DNA of 64,000 nucleotides from Candidatus Omnitrophota bacterium (GCA_043815445.1 JBDRIY010000058.1:16403-80402), one strand, 5' to 3'. Counted from the first letter of the stretch, positions 1 to 11,462 are shown. Program-made: numbers and translations. The notes: generated from the sequence alone by a model not told the origin.

Positions 1-949
1 TTTTTATTTTTTCGCGGCTTATCATATTCAATACCCTTATCAAACCAGAACTGTCAGTAATCATAAGTATACCTGCGTTCTTCAAACGCGCGATAGAAGT
101 GTCATACATTTTATCGAAACGGGCAAGATAAGGGTTACAACCTGCTTTTACCGGGCTGGAAAAAGAATTGTAGTTAGTAATTTGCCTGCTCCGTTGGCGC
201 GAAGCGACTCTTCGGGGTTGTTGGTTGTTGGTTTGGGAAGCAGGGTTGGAAGAAAAATGTGCATATTTGAGGCGGAAGAATACCGGGGTGCCGGGCGGAG
301 GGGCCTGCTGGCGGCAGGATTCTATTTTGGCAAGCTGATAGCTGATACGGAAAAATTGTTCTAAACAAAAGATTACTTTTTGCGGCTCAAAGTTAACTTT
401 TATGATTTCTAACAGACTATAGCCTATTTTTACATAAAATAAGCCTGCTGAGTTTTTCTCGTCTACATCAAGAACTATACTATGAATATTCCTGCCGGAG
501 GAGAATTCAATTACTTTCTTAAATAATTGGGTACCGATATCCCTTTTCCAAAGGCATGGTTTAACCACTATATAGCTTATATAAATTGGGTATTTTCTAA
601 ACGGCCCAAATACTAAATATCCGGCAATTTCATTATTTATATATTTGATTACCGTATGGTTTCGTGGATTTTTTACCGCGCTAATAATATCCATACTATT
701 GCTTTCTACCGGAGCCTGGGGCAGGTTACCTACTGAATAGTTAAACAGTCCTATTGCCCTTTCTATGCTATCGGTAATACTATTTCCTTTAAAAATACAT
801 AGACCTTTATTATCAACTGCCGGGCTGGAAAAGATAAAATCTTTTGAATACGCTTTCAATCTAAAAATAGGAGTAGCGGCCATTTTATTTAAATCGCCCG
901 CGAAAACCTTAATGTTTACAGGCTTTTTAAAAAATAGAAGCGTCCCCAT
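1..949 (-). CDS. GNAT-family N-acetyltransferase domain protein. The 5' end (ATG) is at 949 and the frame runs off the window start. Residues after the GNAT core (window 1-380) form a GC-rich low-complexity segment containing RQQAPP.
   Basis: Reverse-complement translation gives MGTLLFFKKPVNIK...MDIISAVKN...YIVVKPCLWKRDIGTQLFKKVIEF...NIHSIVLDVDEKNSAGLFYVKIGYSLLEI. These are GNAT motif A (R/Q-x-x-G-x-G/A-like) and motif B. The plus strand here is T-rich, which is the minus-coding signature in this window. The 3' part of the frame is unverified. Confidence 0.4.
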   Translation of the reverse strand, partial: MGTLLFFKKPVNIKVFAGDLNKMAATPIFRLKAYSKDFIFSSPAVDNKGLCIFKGNSITDSIERAIGLFNYSVGNLPQAPVESNSMDIISAVKNPRNHTVIKYINNEIAGYLVFGPFRKYPIYISYIVVKPCLWKRDIGTQLFKKVIEFSSGRNIHSIVLDVDEKNSAGLFYVKIGYSLLEIIKVNFEPQKVIFCLEQFFRISYQLAKIESCRQQAPPPGTPVFFRLKYAHFSSNPASQTNNQQPRRVASRQRSRQITNYNSFSSPVKAGCNPYLARFDKMYDTSIARLKNAGILMITDSSGLIRVLNMISREKIK

Positions 950-1013
950 TTTTACGGCAATAGGAATAGTTTTATTGGCTTGACTAATCAAAGAAAATAA
1001 GGTATATATATTA

Positions 1014-1268
1014 GTGATGAAGACTAAAAGAATATCAAAGAAAAGGTTTAATGCTGATGCTTGGCTGGGCAAAAATCTTGAATATCTTGTTAAGAATTTT
1101 GCTGGAGGATACGTTATTATTGTAGATAACGTAGGCCTTGTATTTACAGATGCTGACGGAACACCGAGCGAAATTGTTAAAAAAGCAAAAGCTAAATATC
1201 CGGGGAGCATACCGCTATTTTTCCGTGTTCCCCGCCCGCAAGATTTTGTATGCGCTCTAATTCTATAA
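1014..1268 (+). CDS. Small hypothetical protein (84 aa), directly upstream of and overlapping the aspartic protease ORF.
   Basis: ORF in the track (MMKTKRISKKRFNADAWLGKNLEYLVKNFAGGYVIIVDNVGLVF...). The plus strand is purine-rich here. I recognise no family. Confidence 0.45.
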   Translation: MMKTKRISKKRFNADAWLGKNLEYLVKNFAGGYVIIVDNVGLVFTDADGTPSEIVKKAKAKYPGSIPLFFRVPRPQDFVCALIL

Positions 1269-1642
1269 AATTCCCTTATAAAATCCACAAAGGAATTGCC
1301 TGCCCTATTATTCCTATAGAAATAAAAGGCCTCATAATAGATACTTACGTAGATTCCGGAGCTTTTTATTCTATTTTTTCCACTAAAGAAGCTGAAGCCT
1401 TGGGGATAGAATACCAAAAAGGTAAACCTGCCCCAGCGATTGTAGGAGATGGCGCCCAAATACCTGTTTTTTATCACAAACTCGCTATTAAAATTGGTAA
1501 TACCTCCCTTATCGCAACTATAGGATTTTCTCCACGCCTGGGAGTCGGTTTCAACCTCTTGGGAAGAAAAGATATATTCAACCGTTTTAAAGTCCTTTTC
1601 GACGACAAGCGCCAAGCCATAACTTTTATTCCTTACAAATAA
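1250..1642 (+). CDS. Retropepsin-like (clan AA) aspartic protease.
   Basis: The translation contains the hallmark I-D-T-Y-V-D-S-G-A-F (D-S/T-G-A active-site motif) followed by a hydrophobic flap region. It overlaps the preceding ORF by 19 nt in a different frame. The true start may be internal. Confidence 0.55.
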   Translation: MRSNSIKFPYKIHKGIACPIIPIEIKGLIIDTYVDSGAFYSIFSTKEAEALGIEYQKGKPAPAIVGDGAQIPVFYHKLAIKIGNTSLIATIGFSPRLGVGFNLLGRKDIFNRFKVLFDDKRQAITFIPYK

Positions 1643-1676
1643 AAATACCGGCGAGCTGGAATATTCCTTTATTGTC

Positions 1677-4600
1677 TTAGCAATTTTTACCTCCCTAACC
1701 ATCCCTATATTATTCTTCAAAACATTCTCTTTTGCTCTTTCTAAGGCCTTTTCCCAGTCAACTTCATTTTCTAACTCAAGCCATTGAGCTATTCCATAAA
1801 CTTTTTTAACTTTTTGCTCATAAAACCATTCTCGCCAATTATTATTTATAGCTGTCATTAATTCTTCTAATCCGCGAACATGGTCGTTGTAACGAATTCC
1901 ATCATAACCATTTAAATACCTCTTGCCTTCTAACTCTTGCTCTTGAAAACCCATACTTCGTAACAAATTATACATAGGCATTATATGCTTTCTATAATGA
2001 ACCTTGTATATGCCCGCGGACATATATTCTAATTCTCTTTCTTCAATATCGCTTAAAGTATAATAGGCGTGGGCGTATCGCGCGCCTAAGTTTAACAACA
2101 AGCTTATTCGATATCCGCCAATAAAGGCCCGGGCAATTATCTCTTTTCCTAAGTTTTGCCTTTCAATCTTTAATTTAACCCTGCAGGTATGACAGCTAAC
2201 CGCTAATTCATCTAAATCTAATTTAACCGAACCTATAAAAACATTTCTTTCAGCAGTATAAAGTTTAAGTGAAATTACCCAGCTTCCTGTATCCGAGTTA
2301 AAACCAACCTTCCAAATTTCTTCAATAAAATAACTGCTCACACACTCAGGAAACAGCTTATGAAACTCCTGCTTCAAGGGACTGCTTATCTTATTAAGAG
2401 TTCCATTCTCTAATAAGTATTCTCCTGATTCGGCTATTTCGTAAATAAGGCCGCCTTCTTTTTTTAAGCGGTAGCCGCGCAAACGTTCTTGAGCAGATAT
2501 TTTAGGATCTGCCAGTTCATTTACAGTTAAGTTTTCAAACTCCCAGGATGTATCAGTATAGAATCTGCCTTTAACTAAGATGTTAACGTCTTTGGCCGCC
2601 TGAATTACCAATACTCCGTCTAAATCTAAATTATTAAATTCTACTTTACCTTCTCCTTCTACTACCAAAGTTGAGCGGTTAGTAACAGTGCCGCCGTTTT
2701 TAAAACTATCTATTACTGACTGAAGTGTGGGGTAGATTAAAGGGTCAAGATATATCTTTGCCCCTTTCTGATAGGTAACGCCGTGAGTCTGAGCAGGGGT
2801 GCCATAAACATTGATATCTATGCCGGCGGCTAACAAAGCGATGCGATTGTTACGGTAGAAGTCGCTTTCAGCTAAAGCCAATGTTTCTGAAGGTATGCCT
2901 GCGGCTACTGCGTCTCTTCCTAAAGATAAGCTATTTTTGGCAGCAGAAAATATCCAGGCGCCATCCTCAAACTGAATAACCGCTATTTCTCCTTTATCCC
3001 CTAAGATCTGAGCGATATCCTGCATATTATTCTCTGGCCGGCAGTCAGTTTTAAGCTTATGAGCTTTTATTTCTCCCGGCAAGGTGATTTTTATAAGCTT
3101 ATCCAGGCTGCGTTCTTTATCCTTAGGGTTAACTAACTCGGGCACCAGGCCTTGAGCTTCTTTTAAGGCCTCTTGATAAGGTTGAAATGCGATTACTAAT
3201 CCATTGAGATTACCGGGGAAAGGCGAAAGGCCAATATCATCAGCTTTATCTTTATCTCCTAAAAGCATATATTCTACGTTCATTACGGTCTCTTCTTTGG
3301 TTTGCTTATGGATTAATTTGGCTAAAGCGCCTACGTTTGAACCGGGATAACGCGGGGCGGCAAGAAAAACAAGGACGTATTTTTTTTCCTGAGCTAAAGC
3401 TAAGGCGGGAAGCAAAGAGCGAAAGACGGGTAAATTAGTGTCCTGATAAAAGACGATGAACTTAGCGTCTTTAGCCATGCCTCGCTCTATGACCTTATTC
3501 TGATAAAAAACCATATGAATATCTCCGTGGCCATGAGCTTTTTCAACCATTTTATAAGGATTCGCATTATCAACAACAAAGTGGCCTTCATAAGTAAAAA
3601 CAGAAAATACCAAAGGTTGAGGATACATTTCTATCTGGGAAGCTTTAGCGCCGAAATAGTAGTTTTCTTCGTAGAACGCTTGGATATCCCGATGATTATC
3701 CTCTGAGGTCATAATCGCGTTCATCAAGGTATAGTTTTCACCATTATGCTGGTTGGCAAGCCTTACCCAACCCATAATCTGACGGGCCTGAAAGCCGGCA
3801 AAACAGGAGTTATCACTGATCAAGGCTATGCGCAAGCCTGGCTTTATTCCGGTATAAGTCAAAGATTCATTTTTACTCAAGCGCTCTCCTCTTCCGCCGG
3901 CAGGCTCAGCCCAAATCACTTTATTAGCTATAGACAGGCCTTTTGCTTCTAATCCAAGGTAATATTGAAGAGCAGAATCTATAAGTTTACCCATAGAATC
4001 TACCAAAGAAGCGATAGTAGTTACCTCCGGGACATCTAATTTATAATCATCGAACCTGGCTTTGCCTGAATAGTAGTGTCTCAAAAGCCTCCTAACATTA
4101 TCAATTAAAGCTTCTATTCCTCCAGGGTATTGCTGACCACGGCTTAAGATTTGATTAAGCATTTTTAACTTATCCTGATCTTTTACTCCCGGGACATCCC
4201 AATGAGCAAAAATATGGGCCTGGCCCAAAGACAACATCTTTAAAATAAGCGCCAAGTGTTTAGGGAGGCTAATTACGCCTTGAGTAATATTGGCGGCTAA
4301 ACTCTCTAATCCTAACTCCTTGGCCTGCCGGGCGAGACTGTCCGAATTACTATCTTTATTAATAGGTGAGCTGGGGATATTGTTTGGAATAACAACCCCA
4401 ACCCAAGGTTTATTATGCCAATCTTTAACTTCTATTTCTTTTAGCGGCGCTAATAGCTTCAAGCCAGCGTATTGGAATATTGCCTTTAAATCATCTTCAC
4501 TAAATAAACGGATACATTTACCGTCATATCCTTCATACATTTCTTTTTCTATCGGCTTCTTATATCTAGTGTCTTTGGTAGAAAAAACCTTAAAAACTAA

Positions 4601-5876
4601 AGATCCTTTTGGGCTTAAGACTCTTCTTATCTCTCTAAAAACCGCTTTTGTTCTCCCCCATGAAAAATACTGCAAAGAAAGATGCGCGTAAACTATATCA
4701 AAATAGCCCCTTGGAAACATTTCTAATATTGAAAGCATATCGCCAATTATAAAAAGAGTTCTTCCTTTTTCTTCCTGATTCAACCTGCTTTTAAAACACT
4801 TTATAGCCTCTTTAGAAAAATCAATATGAATACCTGAAAATCCTTGCCGCGCTAACCAATAAGAACCTCCATCTCCATTCCCACAGCCTAAATTTAAAAG
4901 TTTCAGCTTTGAAATATCTTTACCTTCCACAGCTAATTTGACCAATTTTTGCATATTTTCAAAAACCTGAGGTTTAACCCATTTAGACCCGTTAGCGCTT
5001 CTTCCGGTGCTGTATTGCTTATTAAAAATATTTTTTAAAACTCTTAACCTAATGTTCTCCTTGCTTTCAATCGGCGAACTTACTAATTGTATTTTTAATG
5101 CCTCGAAGTTAACCGGACTGCTGGGGTTAGAAACACTCTTTGCTTCAAGAACTTGCCGAAGCTGATAAGCAGGCTGAGCGCCTTTTCTCCATTCTCCTGC
5201 CTTTGCAATTGCGATAGCTTCTTCTAACAGTTCGGGTTTCTGGGTTGCTAAAGCCTTAATTAAATCTGCCCAATAATTATCTATTTGAAAATTAAGCAGG
5301 TATGTTACGCTCCATTTTATTTCAGGATAGCTCATCCACCTAAGGAACCTGAAAGCTCGTTCCCATTGCTCAGCTTTTATTAAATTCTCTAAATGCTGTT
5401 TTGCCATTTGAGTTTTTAGGCTTACTCCATCACAGGTATAAAATAGCTGGCCTTTCTCGTCAATTTCTCCAAGGAAAAATACAATGTTACCTCCTGTTTT
5501 CCAATCTAAAGCTAACTCAGTTTGTTCAAAAAGAGACTTTAATAAAGGCTCAAGCCTTACGCGGTAACCTTTCCATAATTTCATCTCTCCCCACATCTCT
5601 TTAAATATTCGTAACCCTTCAGAGAAATCTTTCTTCGTACTCTTGGCTATCTTATTAAGAAGATCTTGAGCATCATCCCTTATCCGGTATATATCGCTTT
5701 GAAGCCTCTCATCCTCATATGTCTGTCTCGCGCAATTCCACATTGACTTAAATTCTCCAAACGCCCCAGGCCAATCCCCATCCTGAACCCTCTGTTGAAA
5801 CCTATCCCTATAAACTTTAAAATTCGAAATTGGGCTGGAATCTTTATTGACTTGCTCTTGGCTTCCTGCTATCATA
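1677..5876 (-). CDS. Large multidomain enzyme. It has an N-terminal helical region, a class I SAM-dependent methyltransferase, and a UDP-glucose pyrophosphorylase (UDPGP-family) like nucleotidyltransferase with a C-terminal extension.
   Basis: The ATG is at 5876 and the codon phase (plus-triplet starts = 0 mod 3) was checked. The in-frame stop TAA is at 1679-1677. The methyltransferase motif LNLGCGNGDGGSYWL is encoded around 4862-4900. The UDPGP motifs AEPAGGRGERL (~3886-3909) and KAHGHGDIH (~3512-3537) resemble the eukaryotic-type UGPase G-rich loop and P-G-H-G-D motifs. Confidence 0.6.
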
Positions 5877-5916
5877 TCCCTATGAATTTTAGCGGAAAGC
5901 TCAACTGATTGTATGT

Positions 5917-5922
5917 TATTAT
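5917..5922 (+). promoter_or_regulatory. Putative -10 (TATTAT) within the conserved promoter-like block upstream of antitoxin copy A1.
   Basis: The block ctcaactgattgtatgttattatt closely matches the block upstream of copy A2 at 14330-14352. GGAGG at 5933-5937 precedes the ATG at 5948. Confidence 0.35.
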
Positions 5923-5947
5923 TTTGGCGAAAAAGGAGGTAATTAAA

Positions 5948-6190
5948 ATGTCTAATAAAATTACTTTGGAACTTAAGCCTTCCACTGTTGAAGAACTGGT
6001 AGAAATGATGCCCATTGAAGCTAAGATCCGGCTGGTGCGTAAATTGGAAAAAGAGACGTGGGGTAAACGTATAGACACATTGCTCAAAAGAATAGACCAG
6101 CGCCGCAAAAAATACCCTATTTCTCAAAAAGAGATTTCTAAAGAAATAGCTGAAGTGCGAAGACAAATCTATGGTAAAAGCAACAATTGA
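5948..6190 (+). CDS. Antitoxin-like small protein, paralog family subtype A (copy A1). It is the partner of the downstream PIN fragment.
   Basis: MSNKITLELKPSTVEELVEMMPIEAKIRLVRKLEKETWGKRIDTLLKRIDQRRKKYPISQKEISKEIAEVRRQIY. It has an RBS GGAGG and a TGA stop. It is paralogous to 14378-14629, 11093-11338 and 30191-30439. The 20-nt overlap with the downstream PIN ORF is typical of TA operons. Confidence 0.7.
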   Translation: MSNKITLELKPSTVEELVEMMPIEAKIRLVRKLEKETWGKRIDTLLKRIDQRRKKYPISQKEISKEIAEVRRQIYGKSNN

Positions 6191-6380
6191 TACAAATATC
6201 ATTGTTTCCGGACTAATTACCAGAGGAAATCCCCGCAAAATATGGCAAGCGTTTAAGGCCGGAAAATTTAGGGTTGCTTTATCATCGTTAATGTTTGAAG
6301 AGCTAATGGGTGTCTTAGCCAGGTCGAAATTCCATCCCATCATTACCGCTAAAGAATTCATCACACAATTAGAAAAATAA
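6171..6380 (+). pseudogene. PIN-domain toxin, N-terminal fragment only (69 aa, against 137-140 aa in the paralogs).
   Basis: MVKATIDTNIIVSGLITRGNPRKIWQAFKAGKFRVALSSLMFEELMGVLARSKFHP. This matches the first half of the PIN family seen at 14604 and 30411 (first acidic residue IDTNI), but stops at TAA 6378-6380. Confidence 0.5.
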
Positions 6381-6479
6381 TACTCTTTTTCCTTAATAAC
6401 TGACACACTGGAAGCTTCTCTGTTGTCGTAGGAATCTTTTCTTCTATCTATCGGACTGGATATTTGCGGTTGGTTATTC

Positions 6480-6740
6480 GGCAAGAACATCGAAGCTTTT
6501 ACCCCCACTCGTCCCTCGTCCCTCGTCCTTCGTCCTTCGCACTCCATTCCCCCCTTCTCCCTTCTCCCTTCTCCCTCATTGCTAACTGTTAAATGATAAT
6601 TGATAATTGCTAATTGTTCCTTCCCCTCTTCTCCCTTCTCCTCACATCCCACATCCAACATCCCACGTCTTACATCTTCCCCCTTCTCCCCACTAGCACC
6701 CAGCACCCAATATCCAGTATCCAGAACAGAAGCGCCATCA
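6480..6740. repeat. C-rich low-complexity tract built of short tandem units (tcgtccc/t x4, cttctccc x3, gataattg-like x3, catccca-like x4, cacccag/cagtatccag).
   Basis: Direct reading of the sequence. The plus strand is almost T/A-stop free here. The minus strand would encode a Gly/Glu/Arg-rich tail. Confidence 0.8.
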
Positions 6741-6749
6741 TCAAAAGTA

Positions 6750-9700
6750 GAAGGAACACGAATACCCTTGTCAGTTTCTTCCGGCATTGACTCAAGCTGT
6801 TTAATAATTATATTGTGGATTTCCCACGAGTTCATATTCTTAAAGCCTGACCCTTCACCTTCTAAATTAGACTGCGCCTTATCTACTAAATCAGCATCTT
6901 GAAAACGCATATTAACTACCCTTAAAGCTTTTATTGCTTTTTCCTGGCCCATTTGAACCTCTACTTTCCAATCCTCTATAAAAGTTCTTAAAATATCTGT
7001 TGCTTTATAGCTCAAATGTTCAAATGTTTCATCTTTCTTCATTATGCTGCGCAGTTGAAATTCAATATTTAATAAGGCAATAATGTCTATCGGCCTACAC
7101 CCCTGAATGATTTCATCTTTCAAATCATTGATAACCTTTTCTATTACTGCAGGATTAATATTTACATCCAAGGCAAAAATCATATCCTCTATAATTATTA
7201 TCGCATTATTACCATCCGTATACACCTCTACCCCCGCCCCCGACGGCATATCTATTACTCCATCCTCCGCCCTAACATCTCCCGGCGTAGGCAAAATCCA
7301 AGCAACTGTACTTAGAATACCTTGTAATATTGACCCTTTATCTAACAAAGTAGTTTTCTCTTGCTTTTTACCCTGCTTTTCCAATTCTTCCTTATTAAGC
7401 CCGCCTTGCGTTTGCGCATCTACCTGTGAGATGTACATTAATCTATTATATTTATTATCACGATTATTTTTAAGATATTCAATTATCTCACCCCATAATA
7501 ATTCAAATTTTAACTTTACTATCGCAGTATCTGCTTCAGCAGTAATCCCAAAAACGCTAAATGCTCCCAAAAGTGAATTCCCGCGATACTTCTGTTGCGC
7601 GGCGATAACCGTTGGGTAACTCAGAGATTTAGGAAATCCCGCGTATTCCTTGTACCATGAGAATAAACCCTCTTTTTTGAAATCCTGCATAAACCGCGTG
7701 GCAAAGTTCAACTCATTTACCTTATCCTCCATAGTTACAGCACCATGATCTATTACCGGGAGATATTGACTTAATTCATGGGTTAAAACTAAAGCAATTT
7801 GCCCATCCGGCTTATCCTTATATTCAGAGTTCATCTTCACTACCAAAAGCCCTTCTTCTGCTTCTACTACCACAGGCAAACAACTGCCGTCTCCTGCCTC
7901 TGAATCTATCCAGCCGCCGGCCCTTAATATTCCACTGTATTTAGCTAAAGAAGTGTCGTGGTAACCAAGAATTACTGCTACATAATTTACCGCCCAAACT
8001 AATTTATGATTATTTTCATTCTCAGCAGATACCATGCTAACTTTATGATTTATCTCCAAATCATCCGACACCCCATTGCGATTAATATCGCGATAGCGTA
8101 ACTGCATAAGATCATTAGGCATATAAAGACGGTCTAAGGAAAGGGACTCCTCTGCTTTCCTTCCTATCTGCTGCCAGGTTGCTCTTTGACTTATACTTTC
8201 ATCAAGAATAGGCCAGAGATATTTCTGGGATTCAATTGATAATTGATTAGTTCCCAAAAGCTGCACATTAGGCCAAGCGCTTGTCAACAGCACTGCGTAA
8301 TGGTTTAAACTTGAACATGAACCTACGATATAGATTTTTGCAGGGTAGTTATCATTAGGTAAATTAGTAAAGGTTTGATACAGATTGATTCCTATACCTG
8401 AATGGCCATCATATAAAATTCTATGGATATTAGGATCTCTGGCGAATTGGGCTATTTCATTGCTATCGTCTTTTGAAAATAGAGAAATAAATACACTCTC
8501 ATCTACACCGCCAATAACACCTCTATAGATACCTTCTTCACTCTCTTTAAACCCGTATCTTTCTGAAATACCTGCCGTAAAAGAATCCAAAAATTCGCTA
8601 TCATAAAAATAGGCTTTAGTTCCCACTCTGTTTAATTGTCCTCCCTGAGCTTGTGCCCATTCTTCATAAGGAGGCGCTATAGGGAGAGAGGCTAACTGCC
8701 ACAAATCTTTATCTATAACTTCATCGAATCGATACATATCTGGGTCTTGAGACTGACGGGATATTGCCTTAAATACACTGGCTATATGATAAAAGGTTTT
8801 TATAGAATTTAGGGTAGCACCTTCAGCTATCGCTCTCTCTCTTGCCTCTATATATTGAGGAAACATCAAAGATAATCCTTTAGGCGTAACATTCAATAAC
8901 TCTATGCTCAAGGAGCTAATCTCATCTAAACAAAGCGGGCCGAGAATAGAACTTTCATCCACCCTGACCCATTCCCCTAAAAGCCTCTTATCTATTTGAC
9001 TCAGTTTGCCCCGCATCTCAAAATAGCTCTTCACAATACCGCTTAATCTCGTCAACCCCTCCGTCGCATTCAGCTCTTCTGAGTTTATATTAGGCTTACT
9101 ACTAACACAAATGGTTCTTCCTTCTACAGTAACCCAAGGAGATATTTCCCCCGCCCAAGCACAAGGAATTAAATTACTGAAGAAATTCTTTATGCGGGTA
9201 GAAAATATTTTGTCTTCTTTCGGCGGGTCCTTATTATTAAGTTGTATTTTTTCTTCTTTCAATGGCTGTCTCGGACTAAACAAACTAATATCGCCTTCAG
9301 GTTGAGGTAAAATTAAAGACGCAGGCTCTGACTTTCCAGCTTTAGACTGAGACTGTCTAGTACTTATCTCAGGAATCCGCGTAGATTTAGGTAATGGTTT
9401 CGAAGCATCTCCACCTGTATTCTTTAGCAAATTCTTCATTTCGCCAACGCTTAACGCCTGCTTCCAATTATTATTTTGATTACGCAGAATGGGCATACTT
9501 GGAGAATAAGGCACAAATGGCCTAGTTGGAGTATAACCGGAACTAGGAGCTGCTGAAGCATTGCCTCCTGAAAGCATAAAGAACAACCCAATTCCGAAAG
9601 TGAGGACAACAACTACAAAGACCGGGCCATACTTATATGTATAATAACCAAAACTTTTTTTAACCTCGGGTAAATATTTCCTTACAGCAGCAATTGTTTC

Positions 9701-10816
9701 TTTTTCTATCTCAACTTTCTCATTTTCAAACTTAAATTCCTTCCACACATTCTCGGTTATCTTTTCATAAAGACTGTTAATCAATTCCTTTAATTGTTTG
9801 TCAATAGATTCTTTAGATAAATTGTTGCTGTCGTGGAATATTGTGAGAAGTACTATATTTGTTAAGTTATCTTCTGTAAACTCGCTTTCTAAAGTATCTT
9901 CTATAACCTCGCGTGATAAGGACACCCCTATTTCTTTCTCAATTTCTTCCATCTTCTCCAAAGATAAGTATTGTGACGTCTGAGAAAGTTCTTTAATTCT
10001 TTCATTTACCCTTCCGGCAAACTCTTTTTTAATCTGATTATCTTCCAAGTTATAGTTAACGGATGTTGTAACAGCTTCTCTTATAATAGAATAAAGAAGT
10101 TCTATCTTCTCTGGCGCGGTTAATTCGTAATTTTTCCTATTGACTGCTCTTAAGTACTTATTTATTACAAAATCAAATAGATAATCCGCGTTGGATGGTA
10201 TATTGCATTTTCCTTTCGGATTTGTTTTAAATTCAAAGTTTTCCCTCCATACAGCAATTTTCTCCAATTGTTCCTTAAACTCTTTTACTGACTCTTCAAG
10301 GTAATTCAAGCTGCATTTCAAGCGCGAATCTTCACTGCGCTCACTTAGCTTCTTTTTTATCATTTCTAAGGCCGCGTTTAACAAGTCAAACGCGTCTCTT
10401 GTAGAGCTCGTATCTCCCAAAGCGCATATTTCTTTTATACGTTCATCTTCCAATTTATCTCTTATATCTTGTATGTCTCCCTCTTCTATTTCTATAACGC
10501 CAAGAATTTTCATTATTTGTTCATATGTCTTGCCAACATATTCAAAAGCATTGGTTACAGTTTTATTTTCTCCGATTCCATCATAAAACTTCTCCACAAC
10601 ATCTACAGCATGGCCAAAATTATCAATCCCCTTACTTCCTCTCCGTATAATAAACACTGTCGAAACAACCACTGCAATTGCTGCCGCGATAAGATAACCT
10701 GCAGCTACCGCTACCCACCACTGTGCTGAAGTCAAATATAAAAATGTGCTTGAAGCTAAAGTATCTCCTGCAAAAGCAAATCCAACTTTACTAAAGAAAA
10801 CAGCTGCCCCCGCCAT
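6750..10816 (-). CDS. Large membrane-anchored protein. It has N-terminal TM helices, a long helical region, a second TM segment, and a C-terminal alpha/beta region with a His...Cys pair (ILYDGHSG ... IYIVGSCSS), possibly a caspase/CHAT-like protease fold. The 3' end is approximate.
   Basis: ATG at 10816 (phase 2). The two other frames at the start hit stops within 30 codons. Phase 2 was verified open, and the other phases closed, at 6841-6900 and 7021-7080. There is no in-frame stop before the C-rich repeat tract, so the end is not fixed. Confidence 0.45.
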
Positions 10817-11039
10817 AACCGATAGCAAAGCAAACTTTGACTTTCTCAACAAATTCCGCCCCCAATTGCCACCCCATCTTAAAAATAGTGAAAATAGGGA
10901 CACATCCCCTTTTTCGTTTACCACCGCGCTACTTGTCTTCGCGAGAGCCACAGGAAAAACAGAGGAATTTTGAATAAAGTGACGAAGCTGTACGAGGATT
11001 CTTGATTCTCGTAAAATAGAAACATCCCTACACAAATCC

Positions 11040-11068
11040 TTGACATGATTTTTAAGAAATGGTATAGA
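11040..11068 (+). promoter_or_regulatory. Sigma-70-type promoter TTGACA-17 nt-TATAGA for the subtype-B antitoxin.
   Basis: TTGACA 11040-11045, 17-nt spacer, TATAGA 11063-11068, RBS GGGGAGG 11081-11087. A nearly identical block is at 30102-30130. Confidence 0.5.
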
Positions 11069-11092
11069 TAAGCCGTCATAGGGGAGGTGTTT

Positions 11093-11338
11093 ATGACTAA
11101 AATTACGATTGATCTTAAACCAGAGCAAATCAAAGAAGCTTTTCAAAAACTTACTATTCAAGAAAAACTTCGCCTTACCCGAGAAGTTGAAAGGCTTACC
11201 CGGCGTTTCCGCTGGGATAGTCTCATTACTAAAGTCAGAGCCCGCGCTAAAAAATATCCCCTTGCCCAAAAAGAAATAAATCAAATATGTAAAGAAACTC
11301 GTAAAGAACTTTATGAAAAAAGAGCTAACTGCCGCTAA
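11093..11338 (+). CDS. Antitoxin-like small protein, subtype B (copy B1). It is an orphan: no PIN gene follows.
   Basis: MTKITIDLKPEQIKEAFQKLTIQEKLRLTREVERLTRRFRWDSLITKVRARAKKYPLAQKEINQICKETRKELYEKRANCR. It is about 85 percent identical by eye to 30191-30439. The track called the GTG at 11087. The ATG at 11093 is better placed relative to the RBS. Confidence 0.7.
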   Translation: MTKITIDLKPEQIKEAFQKLTIQEKLRLTREVERLTRRFRWDSLITKVRARAKKYPLAQKEINQICKETRKELYEKRANCR

Positions 11339-11462
11339 CAACCCAACGAGCTCGAGGTGGAAAAAAGAACCAGAAAAATTAGAAAAGTGCTTAATAAAAA
11401 ACTTATTCTTGACAAGATAGAACATTTTGTAGATAATAATAAAGCAAAATAAGGAGGAAATT

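Noticed and set aside
174-368. GC-rich island considered as a possible tRNA, tmRNA or other structured RNA (track ORFs 174-368 and 182-364).
   Set aside because: No cloverleaf, no acceptor-stem or T-loop consensus (GTTCRANYC) and no stable long stem found by eye. It is better explained as the Pro/Gln/Ala-rich linker coding region shared with 18010-18045.
6480-6740. Possible CRISPR array (many short direct repeats).
   Set aside because: The repeat units are 7-12 nt and directly abutting. There are no 28-37-nt repeats and no unique spacers. The 15111-15146 repeat is the same case.
7107-7619. Plus-strand track ORFs lying inside minus-strand giant genes (for example 6600-6902, 7107-7619, 17682-18068, 26577-26960, 36357-36755, 55632-55976, 59280-59687, 62819-63202).
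   Set aside because: The plus strand is T-rich there, and the translations are low-complexity (S/L/F/I/P rich). The opposite strand gives domain-bearing proteins.
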